A stretch of 64,000 nucleotides of DNA from Candidatus Aenigmatarchaeota archaeon (GCA_003663325.1 QMZT01000002.1:731-64730); one strand, 5' to 3'. Counted from the first letter of the stretch, positions 1 through 9,363 are shown. Notes: generated by a model not told the origin, from the sequence alone. Made by a program: numbers and translations.

Positions 1-35
1 CAAAGATATCCTCCGCAATTAATATCCTATTTTAT

Positions 36-1010
36 GTGTTTAGTGCATGGTTATTTGGCAGGATAACATTTAATTTTGTAAGAAAAGATGTGAATTTTAT
101 ATTTAGGGTTGCAATCATTTTTGTTCTTGGATTCATTGTAATTGTTTCAGGATCTACTATCTCTTCTGTTGTAAGAATAGATATGTTTGAGAGCGGCATG
201 CTGGGGTTGGTTAATGCAAGCATGCTTATATTTTCACTTATTTCCTCTTTAATTATAGGTGCAGCTCTTTACCTCCTTACCTCTGATCTAAGGCCAAAAA
301 GCGCGGGCTACTTAAGGAAAAGGGTTAGCTTGCTAGAAGATCTTTTAAGAAAAAGTGGTGTTGTTGGTATTAATGCGAACGAGGTAAAGGAGATGGTGAA
401 GAATAGATTCAAATGCGATGTAAACAGAATAGAAAGGCAGAATGATGTGTATGTAGTTATGTGCAAAAAAGGCAAACAAGAGTTCAATACCTATGTAGAT
501 GTGTATGATGGAGCGATAGTTGGTACTAAATGTAACACCCTGGTTTCGTTTTTTCTTCTAAACAAAAAGAAAATAGTGGGGGCTTCTATAGTAATTTTCT
601 TTGTTATTATCACCTTATTTAACTTTAAAAACTTGCCAAGGTTTGATTTGATTGAAGGTGTTGCAAATATGGTAGGTATACCAAAAGAGCAATTGAGTAT
701 GTTTTATGAAAAGGATATGGCAGAAGGGTGTGTTAGCATAACAAAACTCATGATAAAGTATTCAACAAAAATAAACGAAATGGATTTGTATGAAAATAAA
801 AGGGTGCAAGAGGAAATAGAGTCTATTCTTGATGAAAAGGTTATAGCGATGTATAAAGTTGAGTATAATGGAAATGATTACATAATATCGGTAAGCGTGC
901 CAAAAAATATAAGTAGTGAGCAGTTAGGTAGTAAGAATATACTAAAAATCTCAAAGGTTTGCTCTATATACAAAAATAAGCTATGCGATTGTATGAAAAC
1001 TCCCGTTTAA
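36..1010 (+). CDS. hypothetical membrane protein, possibly 5'-partial (frame stays open to window edge; GTG start in track)
   Basis: Long ORF with N-terminal and central hydrophobic helices; no recognisable catalytic motif; no in-frame stop upstream to position 3. Confidence 0.4.
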   Translation: MFSAWLFGRITFNFVRKDVNFIFRVAIIFVLGFIVIVSGSTISSVVRIDMFESGMLGLVNASMLIFSLISSLIIGAALYLLTSDLRPKSAGYLRKRVSLLEDLLRKSGVVGINANEVKEMVKNRFKCDVNRIERQNDVYVVMCKKGKQEFNTYVDVYDGAIVGTKCNTLVSFFLLNKKKIVGASIVIFFVIITLFNFKNLPRFDLIEGVANMVGIPKEQLSMFYEKDMAEGCVSITKLMIKYSTKINEMDLYENKRVQEEIESILDEKVIAMYKVEYNGNDYIISVSVPKNISSEQLGSKNILKISKVCSIYKNKLCDCMKTPV

Positions 1011-1023
1011 TTTCACTTTTAAA

Positions 1024-1599
1024 TTAAGCCTGGAATTTACTTAAGGCATTTTTATTACCGGAAACAACTACTATACAACCTTCCCTTATCTTCTCATCCA
1101 AATCTATAGGATATAGCCATTCCCCTTTAAACTTTATACCTATTACCCTTGCCCCCATTTGCTCTATCTCCTTTACCTTCTTACCTACGATATCTCTTAT
1201 CTTCCTCGTATCCAATATCTTTATTATTCCAAGCTCCCTAAAAGCATCCACTATAGACTTCTCAACCGGTATATCCCTTAAGACAGGGTCTACAAGCTCT
1301 TTAACACTGTTTGATATATCCTCTATCCCAGAGCCAACCCTCAATATTCCTGTAAGATTTATAGCACCTCTCGGGTTTGAGGCTGCAAGCATAGCTTCTA
1401 TTTCAAGCTGGTATTGCAATACATCGAGCTCATTACTCATCTTTATAACCCTTTTTGCAAGCTCTTTATCCTCTGTGAGCAAGGCTGCAAACGCTGTATA
1501 TATGCTTACCAACGCCAATGCCTTCATCTCCTTCAATATATCTACCACATTTTTTCTTCTTTCCAACAAATCTTCAACTATATCTTTTCCTATTTTCAT
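1024..1599 (-). CDS. PhoU-like / TrkA-C domain regulatory protein (COG3273-like), partner of MgtE-like permeases
   Basis: N-terminal PhoU-like helical repeats, C-terminal TrkA-C-like beta domain (…VVVSGNKNALSKF); immediately upstream of two MgtE-TM proteins. Confidence 0.55.
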   Translation of the reverse strand: MKIGKDIVEDLLERRKNVVDILKEMKALALVSIYTAFAALLTEDKELAKRVIKMSNELDVLQYQLEIEAMLAASNPRGAINLTGILRVGSGIEDISNSVKELVDPVLRDIPVEKSIVDAFRELGIIKILDTRKIRDIVGKKVKEIEQMGARVIGIKFKGEWLYPIDLDEKIREGCIVVVSGNKNALSKFQA

Positions 1600-1603
1600 A
1601 TTC

Positions 1604-2176
1604 TTAACCTCCTATTATTATTTTTGCAAACATAAACAAATTAATTACCCCTATAAGATCGCCCAAGGTTGTTATTATTGGTGACGTTGTATTATCTGGG
1701 TCAATACCATATTTATAGGACAATAAAGCCGTTATGATAACAAAAATAGAAAGTATAAATGTTGTTGTAATGCCGGCTGATAGTGTTATGAGGATAAACG
1801 TTACATACCCTATTCCTTTCCCATTCAAGAATATAAGCAACGTTTCAGCGCAAATTCCAAGAATAAAAAATGTTATAAATGCAATAATCAGTGCAGCCAT
1901 TAAATTATGATATATGAGTTTCTGACGTTTACCAATAACTATTTTACCTAGATGCAAGCCAGAGGATATCCTTGACCCGATTACACTTGCTATATCCCCT
2001 GTCATGTTTATGAAGGATGGTACAACAACAAGTAAAGAAACAAACACTGGCATGCCTAAATTTTTATTTAAGAAATAACCTGATATCGTGCTTACAATTA
2101 ATAACAAGGTAATTATTGGTAACATGTCCATTATAATCTTTCCCATGCTGTAATGACCTATATCCCTATTATCCAT
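1604..2176 (-). CDS. MgtE-like cation transporter, transmembrane-domain-only protein (COG1824-like)
   Basis: Five TM helices with MgtE C-terminal signature (…GIDPDNTTSPIITTLGDLIG…); paralogue of next gene. Confidence 0.6.
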   Translation of the reverse strand: MDNRDIGHYSMGKIIMDMLPIITLLLIVSTISGYFLNKNLGMPVFVSLLVVVPSFINMTGDIASVIGSRISSGLHLGKIVIGKRQKLIYHNLMAALIIAFITFFILGICAETLLIFLNGKGIGYVTFILITLSAGITTTFILSIFVIITALLSYKYGIDPDNTTSPIITTLGDLIGVINLFMFAKIIIGG

Positions 2177-2727
2177 CCTACAACACCTATCGCTACTATT
2201 AAAGAAAATATCGTGAATATATCACCTATTGTTGCGACAAAAGGTATGGTAATATCATCTGGGTCCATACCTCTTCTAAATGATAGAAATGCAATAAATA
2301 TTGTGAGAAATGTTAGAACTACGCCTGCTATAATTCCCGATATGAGAGATATGAGAAGTAGCGCAACAAATGAAACATTAAGGCCTATTATTAATGTTAA
2401 AATAAATGCAAAAACAGAGAGCAAAAATGATGCAATAAAGCTTAGTATGAGTGATGAATAGATATTTGCCTTAATATCCCTGTTCATATGAAAATAAGGT
2501 TTTATGTATCCCAAATGCAGAGCGCTTGCCAATCTAGAACCAAGCGCACATGAGATATTCCCTTTCATATCCATTATTCCCGGAAGCAATATGAAAACCC
2601 CCGGTATCATTTCTAGTTTATTAATGGTTCCAGCAAGCACTATTCCGGCGAGAAGTTCAAGAATTCCGTACATAGAAATGGAGGGTGCACAATCTTTTAC
2701 AGTGTGGCTAATATCTTTTGGTAGCAT
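2158..2727 (-). CDS. MgtE-like cation transporter, transmembrane-domain-only protein (second copy)
   Basis: …RGMDPDDITIPFVATIGDIFT… motif; overlaps previous gene by 19 nt (operon). Confidence 0.6.
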   Translation of the reverse strand: MLPKDISHTVKDCAPSISMYGILELLAGIVLAGTINKLEMIPGVFILLPGIMDMKGNISCALGSRLASALHLGYIKPYFHMNRDIKANIYSSLILSFIASFLLSVFAFILTLIIGLNVSFVALLLISLISGIIAGVVLTFLTIFIAFLSFRRGMDPDDITIPFVATIGDIFTIFSLIVAIGVVGWIIGI

Positions 2728-2733
2728 ATAATT

Positions 2734-3492
2734 TTATTCTGTAAAGAAGTATTTTAAAGCATCCTTTATGTTTATAATCTCTTTCATTCTTATTTTAACC
2801 TTATCCTCTATATCGATCTTTTTCGGCACAGTTTCAGTCCAGCATAAGGTCTTTGTACCTATTTTCTCGCAATATTTTTTCCTTTCAAATTTCACACTTT
2901 GTGCATGCATCAATGGCACAAGCAAAAGTTTTGCTCCAGCGTTTTTTGCTGCTATCGCCTTTTCCATAACATTTCCTACAGGCCCTAACGTGCCGTCATG
3001 GTTTATTGAGCCTGTTATCATAACACTTTTATTTATTCTTTTGCCTTCTAATGCAGCTATTGTAGCTATTACTATGGCTGCACCTGCTGATGATCCCTCA
3101 ACCACACTGGCGTTTGTCTCTATGGTGTATATTAGGTCATATCTTGCTAAGCTTTTCCCAGTAATATTTTCAACTACCATCCTTGCGATCCTTATGGAGT
3201 TTTGCGTATCCGTCCAAAACAAAAGCTTGTCTATGTTTGTGAGTATCCTACCACTACCCCTTTTTATCTGTACGGTGAGCGTGGTTATTATACCCTCACC
3301 ATCCTCATTAACAGCGGGTATCTCTATGCTTGCACTGCCTTCGTCCTTTATATCTGAATATATCGCCTCCCCTGCCTCGCAACCCTCTACATATTTGTAA
3401 ATAACCCTTTTTTCAACACTAGAGCTACCTAATAAAAAACCTAAAAGCAATGCTACCAACATTACCATCGCTATAACTAATCCCCTTTTCAT
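2734..3492 (-). CDS. membrane-anchored S16 (Lon C-terminal proteolytic domain) serine protease
   Basis: Ser motif …VEGSSAGAAIVIATIAALEG… and Lys motif …EKAIAAKNAGAKLLLVP… typical of the Lon Ser-Lys dyad; N-terminal TM helix. Start trimmed to the internal Met (MKRGLVIAMV) because the 19-codon extension in the track runs into the SRP RNA gene. Confidence 0.6.
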   Translation of the reverse strand: MKRGLVIAMVMLVALLLGFLLGSSSVEKRVIYKYVEGCEAGEAIYSDIKDEGSASIEIPAVNEDGEGIITTLTVQIKRGSGRILTNIDKLLFWTDTQNSIRIARMVVENITGKSLARYDLIYTIETNASVVEGSSAGAAIVIATIAALEGKRINKSVMITGSINHDGTLGPVGNVMEKAIAAKNAGAKLLLVPLMHAQSVKFERKKYCEKIGTKTLCWTETVPKKIDIEDKVKIRMKEIINIKDALKYFFTE

Positions 3493-3509
3493 AGTTTTCA
3501 AATTATCAT

Positions 3510-3792
3510 ATAGGGCAGGAACGTGCCATCGGTGGATGCCTGCCTGCATTTCAGTTTACCATGTCCCTTTCTCAATCCTGCTACCCTGTAAGCACCGCAT
3601 GCGTAGCTTAGGGCTGCTTCCGCCAGGACCTGACCCGGTTCACTACGCATACAGCCAAACAGGACAGGATATCATTGTAGGGGACATGGGCTGAAATGCA
3701 AACAAGGCATCGCCCTCAGGCTTCGGCCCCGCCATAAGGACGGTTTGCGGTTACAGGCTACGCCCAGCAGCCCGGCCTAGTTCCTGCCCATT
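3510..3792 (-). ncRNA. ffs: signal recognition particle RNA (7S/SRP RNA)
   Basis: GC-rich island in AT-rich DNA. Minus-strand reading contains the helix-8 core GGUCAGGUCC-UGGC-GGAAGCAGCC (compare E. coli 4.5S GGUCAGGUCCGGAAGGAAGCAGCC) closed by AUGCGUAG/CUACGCAU. Long helix-5 pairings: GCAUUUCAG/CUGAAAUGC, CCCAUGUCCC/GGGACAUGG, GAUGCCU/AGGCAUC. A 10-bp terminal helix GGGCAGGAAC/GUUCCUGCCC joins the 5' and 3' ends. Length about 280 nt. Confidence 0.75.
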
Positions 3793-3846
3793 TATTTTTA
3801 AACTAAAGCTTAAAATCTTTTTAGCAAAAAGAGTAAAATATAAATT

Positions 3847-4719
3847 ATGTTATCTCTTTATAAACGTCTTTCGGTAGAACTTTTTGGCTGGGTCTATGAA
3901 AGACATAAAGAATATTTTAAGAACCTAGAGCTGCATTTAAAGAACGCCAATATAAAGATGCTTGCGAAGACATGGGTAAGCTTGTCTGTGCTAACATCTA
4001 TAGTAACAGGAATTGTATGTGCTGTGATAGTAGCTGCAATATGCATAATCTTTAATGTATCCAACATAATACAGCTTATTCTTTTCTCCACATTTCCTTT
4101 CCTTTTTGCACTGATAGCATTTACCCTCTTCTATGTCTACCCCGTCCAAAAAGAGTCCTCAATAAGGAAATCTATTGAGAATAACATGCCGTTTGCCATA
4201 ATACATATGGCAGCTGTAGCCTCTTCTGGTATACCACCAGAGTTTATGTTTGAACTGATCACAGGCTTTGAGTATGGAAAGATATCAGATCAAGTAAGGC
4301 TTATAATAAGGAATATGAGGAGCTTTAACATGAGTTCTGTTGATGCTATAAGGGATGTAGCTATGCGTACACCATCAAAAGAGTTCAGGGAGTTTTTGAT
4401 GGGTATAGTTTCTAATATAGAAAGTGGAGGTAACCTTACAGAATACATAAGGGGTGCTGCAGAAAAAGCGCTCTTTGACTATAAAATAAAAAGGGAGAAG
4501 TATCTCAAGACGCTTTCTACGTATGCAGATGTTTATACAGCATTACTTGTTGCTGCCCCATTGATGATGCTTTCATTGCTCGCTACAATGAGTATAATAG
4601 GTGGAAACATAATGGGTATGACAATAAATGATTTAATATTAATAATAACATGGGTATTCCTGCCTGTGTTTAACATAATCTTTCTTGCATTCGTTCATGT
4701 AACCTATCCAGGTGGTTAA
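3847..4719 (+). CDS. type II secretion system F-domain membrane protein (FlaJ/TadC-like, N-terminal half)
   Basis: T2SSF-domain architecture; its stop TAA (4717-4719) is immediately followed by the next gene's ATG (4720). Confidence 0.55.
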   Translation: MLSLYKRLSVELFGWVYERHKEYFKNLELHLKNANIKMLAKTWVSLSVLTSIVTGIVCAVIVAAICIIFNVSNIIQLILFSTFPFLFALIAFTLFYVYPVQKESSIRKSIENNMPFAIIHMAAVASSGIPPEFMFELITGFEYGKISDQVRLIIRNMRSFNMSSVDAIRDVAMRTPSKEFREFLMGIVSNIESGGNLTEYIRGAAEKALFDYKIKREKYLKTLSTYADVYTALLVAAPLMMLSLLATMSIIGGNIMGMTINDLILIITWVFLPVFNIIFLAFVHVTYPGG

Positions 4720-5565
4720 ATGAGAACAGAGGTATATGAAGCTGTATCTGTGGCAATTGGCGTTTCAATACTTATATTTAGTATTTTCATCTTCCCTTCC
4801 CTCTTTCCTGACCTTGTTTTTCTTACCCCACTATTAAATATAAGCGGCGCATTGATAGCTGTGGTCCCGCCTTTTCTATTTTTCTACAAAAAGTACCTTG
4901 AAAAGCGTGCGATGGAGGAATATTTCATAGTGTTCATTTCCGACCTCACAGAGGATATAGACTCTGGCATGACATTACCTGTTGCGCTAAGATATATAGC
5001 GAAAAGGGATTATGGTGTGCTAACCCCATACATAAAGGAATTGGCAAGCAAGGTTTCATGGGGTATTCCGTTTGAGGAAGCATTGAAGATATTTGCAACA
5101 AAGGTGGGAAGCGTTACGATAAAAAGGTCTGTAAACACTATACTTCAAACATACAAGGTAGGTGGGAAGCTTTCAGACACATTAAGGGCTATAAGCCAAT
5201 CATTAATTGAAATAAGCAAGATAAAGAAGGAGAGAAGCGTATCTGTACAATCCCAAATAGTAACATCATACTTAATATTCTTTGTCTTTATATTTATTTT
5301 GATAATATTGCAAACTGTTCTTGTGCCAGCCTTTTCAACAAAAGCAACAGAAGCGGGTAGTAGTATAGGTGCTGTATTGCCCACTGAGATATACAACTCG
5401 GTGTTCATAAACTTTATAATTGTCCAAGGCTTTTTTGCTGGTCTTGCAACGGGTAAAATGGCAGAAGGGAGTGTTATAGCAGGTTTTAAGCATTCTGTTG
5501 TTCTTATAACAGCAGGCTATACAATATTTAGCTTATTTTCACAGCTCCAGATAAAGCTTATGTGA
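4720..5565 (+). CDS. type II secretion system F-domain membrane protein (FlaJ/TadC-like, C-terminal half)
   Basis: Second T2SSF-like domain with three TM helices; TAA-ATG abutment with the previous gene. Confidence 0.55.
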   Translation: MRTEVYEAVSVAIGVSILIFSIFIFPSLFPDLVFLTPLLNISGALIAVVPPFLFFYKKYLEKRAMEEYFIVFISDLTEDIDSGMTLPVALRYIAKRDYGVLTPYIKELASKVSWGIPFEEALKIFATKVGSVTIKRSVNTILQTYKVGGKLSDTLRAISQSLIEISKIKKERSVSVQSQIVTSYLIFFVFIFILIILQTVLVPAFSTKATEAGSSIGAVLPTEIYNSVFINFIIVQGFFAGLATGKMAEGSVIAGFKHSVVLITAGYTIFSLFSQLQIKLM

Positions 5566-6188
5566 TGGGAATGAAAGGTAACGAGGAGCTTGTTTTGAAT
5601 CTTTTATCACAAGGCTATATAAAAAGCAAGAAGGTTAGAGATGCCTTTCTTTCTGTAGACAGGGCGGTATTTGTTTTACCAGAATATAAAGACATGGCCT
5701 ATGAAGATACGCCGTTACCGATATTAAACAATCAAACCATATCCGCTCCACATATGGTTGCGATGATGACCGAGTTGCTTGAGCTAAATGGCAGGGAGAA
5801 GGTCCTGGAAATTGGTTCTGGTTCAGGGTATCAGGCAGCTATAATATCAAGGCTGGCAAAATTTGTCTATACTGTTGAAATAGACCATGAACTTGTTGAA
5901 ATGGCAAAGGCGAATCTAAAAAGATGTAGCATAAAGAATGTGAAGGTTATAGTTGGTGATGGTGCAAAAGGTTATGAGAATGCAAAACCTTACGATAGGG
6001 TTATAGTTACATGTGCAACACCAAAAATATTTGATAGTTGGCTTAACCAGCTAACCAAAAATGGTATTTTGCTCGCTCCTGTGAACGCAGGCTTTTATCA
6101 AAAACTTGTAAAGGTTATAAAAAAGGATAATAAGATTTATAAGGAGATGCATGGTCTTTGCTCATTTGTTCCACTAAGAAGAGAATAG
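5562..6188 (+). CDS. pcm: protein-L-isoaspartate O-methyltransferase
   Basis: …ISAPHMVAMMTELLEL…VLEIGSGSGYQAA… PIMT SAM-binding motifs. Confidence 0.85.
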   Translation: MMGMKGNEELVLNLLSQGYIKSKKVRDAFLSVDRAVFVLPEYKDMAYEDTPLPILNNQTISAPHMVAMMTELLELNGREKVLEIGSGSGYQAAIISRLAKFVYTVEIDHELVEMAKANLKRCSIKNVKVIVGDGAKGYENAKPYDRVIVTCATPKIFDSWLNQLTKNGILLAPVNAGFYQKLVKVIKKDNKIYKEMHGLCSFVPLRRE

Positions 6189-6749
6189 CTTTGCTATTTC
6201 ATTGCTTGCATATTCTGAATGTTCAAACTCACGCTTCTCTTCCCATATCAACCTTATTATCTTTAACTTTGCCATCGTTGAGGCTGAGGCTATGGTAGCG
6301 TATACTCTGTTTATAGCTTGATGCAATGCTATTTCCTCTTCCCCTTCCATATCCCGCGTTGTTCTTGTTTTATCCCCCTTTCTTCTTTCCGCTATCACCC
6401 TTGGGTTAAATTCTAACAAAACTATTATATCTGGCTTCATTTCCTTGACCAGATCTATAGGTAAGCCGGGATAAAAGCCTTCCGGTGTCTCTATACTTGC
6501 ATGGGTATCAATTATTACATTCCCCTCCATGCTTGCTATATTTTTCGCTGCGCTTATTTGTATAGCTCTATAGCTATCCAAACTTAATTTTTTTCTCATC
6601 TCATCCCTGTTACTAATCCCGAGCTTTTTCGCTTCCTCAAACATCAAATCTCCAAAATTAACCAGCTTTACATCTTTTACCTTTTCCGAGATCATTCTAA
6701 GTATGGTCGATTTCCCCGCCCCAGGCACAGCAAGAATTATAACCCTCAT
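6174..6749 (-). CDS. adkA: archaeal-type adenylate kinase
   Basis: P-loop MRVIILAVPGAGKST; …RDEMRK…DTHASIETPEGFYPGLP… matches archaeal AdkA. Confidence 0.7.
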   Translation of the reverse strand: MRVIILAVPGAGKSTILRMISEKVKDVKLVNFGDLMFEEAKKLGISNRDEMRKKLSLDSYRAIQISAAKNIASMEGNVIIDTHASIETPEGFYPGLPIDLVKEMKPDIIVLLEFNPRVIAERRKGDKTRTTRDMEGEEEIALHQAINRVYATIASASTMAKLKIIRLIWEEKREFEHSEYASNEIAKLFSS

Positions 6750-6812
6750 TAACTATAGTTTTTAATGAAAAGTATATAAAGGTTTGTTTAAGGTATTGAA
6801 AGGTGAAGGAAA

Positions 6813-7427
6813 ATGAAAAATTTCGTGGATTTGGTAATTGAAAAGGCAAAACAAGCCTTAGAAGAAAACCGATTTCAATCCGTCTCCCATAAATGGGATC
6901 ATGTTTATAGAGTTTACAGGAGAGTGATTAAAATGGCAAATGAAATAAAGGGAAAAGGCGTTGATCTGGAAATTTTAAAAATTTCGGCATTGTTACACGA
7001 TATAGATCAACCATACAATAGAAAGCAGAGCCATGTTAAAAGGAGCTTATCAAAAGCTGAGCAAATTCTTAAAGAGATTGGCTATCCAAAAGAAAAAATT
7101 AAAAAGGTCTTGAGTATAATCTCAGAGCATTCATCTGAAGATGAAAAGGGGCCAACGAGTATTGAGGCAAAAATCTTGTATGATGCAGATAAGCTTGATG
7201 GCGTAGGAGCTATTGGTATTGCAAGGGTTTTCGCATTTTGCGGACAAAATGGTTTAATCCCAAAAGAAGCGATAGAATGGTATAGAAGAAAAATAGAAAA
7301 AGCGTTACCTAAGATGCAGACAAAGGCGGGAAAAGAAATTGTTAAAGAGGAGTTGAAATATGTTTATTCTTTTTTCGAGAAATTCAGAAAAGAGGAAAAT
7401 TTATTACAAGGTACAAACATTAAGTAA
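6813..7427 (+). CDS. HD-domain phosphohydrolase
   Basis: H…HD motif (…SALLHDIDQP…) and downstream D (…YDADKLD…). Confidence 0.6.
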   Translation: MKNFVDLVIEKAKQALEENRFQSVSHKWDHVYRVYRRVIKMANEIKGKGVDLEILKISALLHDIDQPYNRKQSHVKRSLSKAEQILKEIGYPKEKIKKVLSIISEHSSEDEKGPTSIEAKILYDADKLDGVGAIGIARVFAFCGQNGLIPKEAIEWYRRKIEKALPKMQTKAGKEIVKEELKYVYSFFEKFRKEENLLQGTNIK

Positions 7428-7535
7428 AACGCTTGAGGTCGCCTAAATGGGATTTTTATATCAACTAATCATTATTATTAAGCTTTGTAGAATCAAGAAA
7501 AGATTTATAACACCGTAACTATAATTGGCATTTAT

Positions 7536-7967
7536 TTGTTAAATTTTACCGCCAAGGATTACAAATACGGTGATTTAAATCTTGTTCTAGACAAACAGAT
7601 TAGTATTAAAGGTGTTTTTCTTTCAAGCTGTACCCTGGAAAATTATGATGAGTGTATCAGTAGGGTGGGTACGAAAAGTGGACCTGGTTTTGAAATCTGC
7701 CAATGGAATTATCATCTTAAAACATTTAAAGAAGTGGGTAGATATCCAGATTGTATTAAAATTGATCTGCTTCCACTAGGTCGTAGATATGTTTCTGAGA
7801 AGCAGTTACAAGAATTCAAAAAATATTTAAATAAAGAAGTAAATGCTACAGGAATTTTGAAATCTGTGAAAGTTGGAGCTAAAGGTACAAATTGTGAAAT
7901 GACACAAATAGGATGTGAGAGAGAAGTAATAATTTTTATCCCAGAAAAAATTGAAATTGTTGAATAG
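7536..7967 (+). CDS. hypothetical Cys-containing protein (TTG start in track; real start uncertain)
   Basis: ORF only; no recognisable motif. Confidence 0.3.
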   Translation: MLNFTAKDYKYGDLNLVLDKQISIKGVFLSSCTLENYDECISRVGTKSGPGFEICQWNYHLKTFKEVGRYPDCIKIDLLPLGRRYVSEKQLQEFKKYLNKEVNATGILKSVKVGAKGTNCEMTQIGCEREVIIFIPEKIEIVE

Positions 7968-8051
7968 AAATTATCTTGGACTCCTGAACTTTCTTATTAT
8001 ATACTAACAATAAGCTAACAGAATCGTTTTCAACTGATCGTATCAAAATTC

Positions 8052-8112
8052 CAAACAATTGTTTGTTTTTTTGAAACAATATATTTATAAAATTAAAAAA
8101 TAAAACAATTGT
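8052..8112 (+). promoter_or_regulatory. palindromic operator-like motif CAAACAATTGTTTG plus TATA-like box upstream of the MNT-HEPN pair
   Basis: Perfect 14-nt palindrome at 8052-8065. Half-site AAACAATTGT repeats at 8103-8112 abutting the ATG at 8113. ATATTTATAAAA box at 8081-8092. Confidence 0.4.
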
Positions 8113-8658
8113 ATGAAAAATTTGCACATCTTTAAAATCTTAGAATTCTTTATAAGAAATCCTTACCAAAGGGTTTATCTTAGGGAGCTTGCCAAAAAGC
8201 TTAAATTGAGCCCATTCACCACTAAAAGGTATGTTGACGTGCTTGTTAGAGAAAAATTTATATATGAGGAAAGGGAAGCAAAGATGAGGTACTTTAAAGC
8301 CAATTTAAGTAATATTGCTTTTAGGTACATAAAGATAGCATACAGCCTGCATGAAATTTTAAAATCTGGGCTCATTAGTTTTTTATTAACCAACATTCCG
8401 AATATCTCATCTATAGTGCTTTTTGGATCTATTGCTAAGGGTGAGGATAGTGAAAAGAGTGATGTTGATTTACTTATTATCGGCAAGCCCAAATATATCA
8501 GGGTAGGAAAATTTGAAGAGAGATTAAAAAGGGATATAGCTCTACATATCTTTAGTTGGAGTGAATGGAATAAAAAAGCAAAGGAGGATAAAGCTTTTTA
8601 CTTAGAAATAATAAGGTATGGTGTACCAATCTATGGAGAATTACCAATGATAGAATGA
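8113..8658 (+). CDS. minimal nucleotidyltransferase (MNT) antitoxin-like protein with N-terminal winged HTH
   Basis: …IVLFGSIAKGEDSEKSDVDLLIIG… (GS…DxD Pol-beta NTase motif); N-terminal HTH; ATGA overlap with the HEPN gene. Confidence 0.7.
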   Translation: MKNLHIFKILEFFIRNPYQRVYLRELAKKLKLSPFTTKRYVDVLVREKFIYEEREAKMRYFKANLSNIAFRYIKIAYSLHEILKSGLISFLLTNIPNISSIVLFGSIAKGEDSEKSDVDLLIIGKPKYIRVGKFEERLKRDIALHIFSWSEWNKKAKEDKAFYLEIIRYGVPIYGELPMIE

Positions 8659-9098
8659 AGATCGAAACGCTTGAAGATTGTTTCAAATTTAGGCTTTTAC
8701 GTAAGATAAGGCCAGATATAGAAAAAAGCAAAAGATCTTTGGAAATAGCAAGGGAAAGGTTAAAAACGGCTAACACAGCTTACGATATTGCCCTGAAATT
8801 TAAATTTTTCAACTTTGTTATCATTGAGGCATATATGGCTATGTTCCATGCAGCCAGAGCCTTGCTCTATAAAGATGGCATTCAAGAAAAAAGTCATTTT
8901 GCAATGTATCTCTACTTAAAGGAAAGGTATAGCAGGAAGATCCCGTTCCATATAATAAATCTGCTAAATATTCATAGAATTGAAAGACATGAAACAATGT
9001 ATGGGTTAGAGTATCAGCCCACGAAGGAAGATGCTGAAATTGCTTTAAAGGATGCCAATATCTTTGTAAAAGAAGTCGAGAAGGTGCTCAAGAGGTAA
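8655..9098 (+). CDS. HEPN-domain protein (toxin partner of MNT)
   Basis: HEPN-like helical protein directly coupled to the MNT gene. Confidence 0.65.
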   Translation: MKIETLEDCFKFRLLRKIRPDIEKSKRSLEIARERLKTANTAYDIALKFKFFNFVIIEAYMAMFHAARALLYKDGIQEKSHFAMYLYLKERYSRKIPFHIINLLNIHRIERHETMYGLEYQPTKEDAEIALKDANIFVKEVEKVLKR

Positions 9099-9237
9099 GG
9101 AATACTCATAGTGAATTATGAGAGATGAAATTAACTTAGTGGGTTTTGAAATCTTTAGGTTTGAAATTCAACATTTAGTTTGTATGTGGATGAGGGGATA
9201 CTAAATATAAAAATTTTTAGCCAATAATTAATTCAGA

Positions 9238-9363
9238 GCGGCTGTAGTCTAGTCTGGTAGGACCCAGGCTTCCCGAGCCTGTGACCCGGGTTCAAAATCG
9301 AAACCACCAGCGGGTTTCGATGCATCCTGCAACCAACAAGCATGGGAAATCCCGGCAGCCGCA
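9238..9363 (+). tRNA. tRNA-Gly(CCC) with a 53-nt intron in the T-loop (position 59/60; intron 9297-9349)
   Basis: Acceptor GCGGCTG/CAGCCGC; anticodon stem CAGGC/GCCTG with loop TTCCCGA; T-stem CCGGG…CCCGG interrupted after TTCAAA. Removing 53 nt gives a 72-nt cloverleaf with T-loop TTCAAAT. Confidence 0.8.

Noticed and set aside
3550-3800. GC-rich island considered as RNase P RNA or as the 5' end of the protease ORF
   Set aside because: The helix-8 motif GGUCAGGUCC…GGAAGCAGCC and the long bipartite helix 5 fit SRP RNA specifically. The protein extension has no support beyond an open frame.
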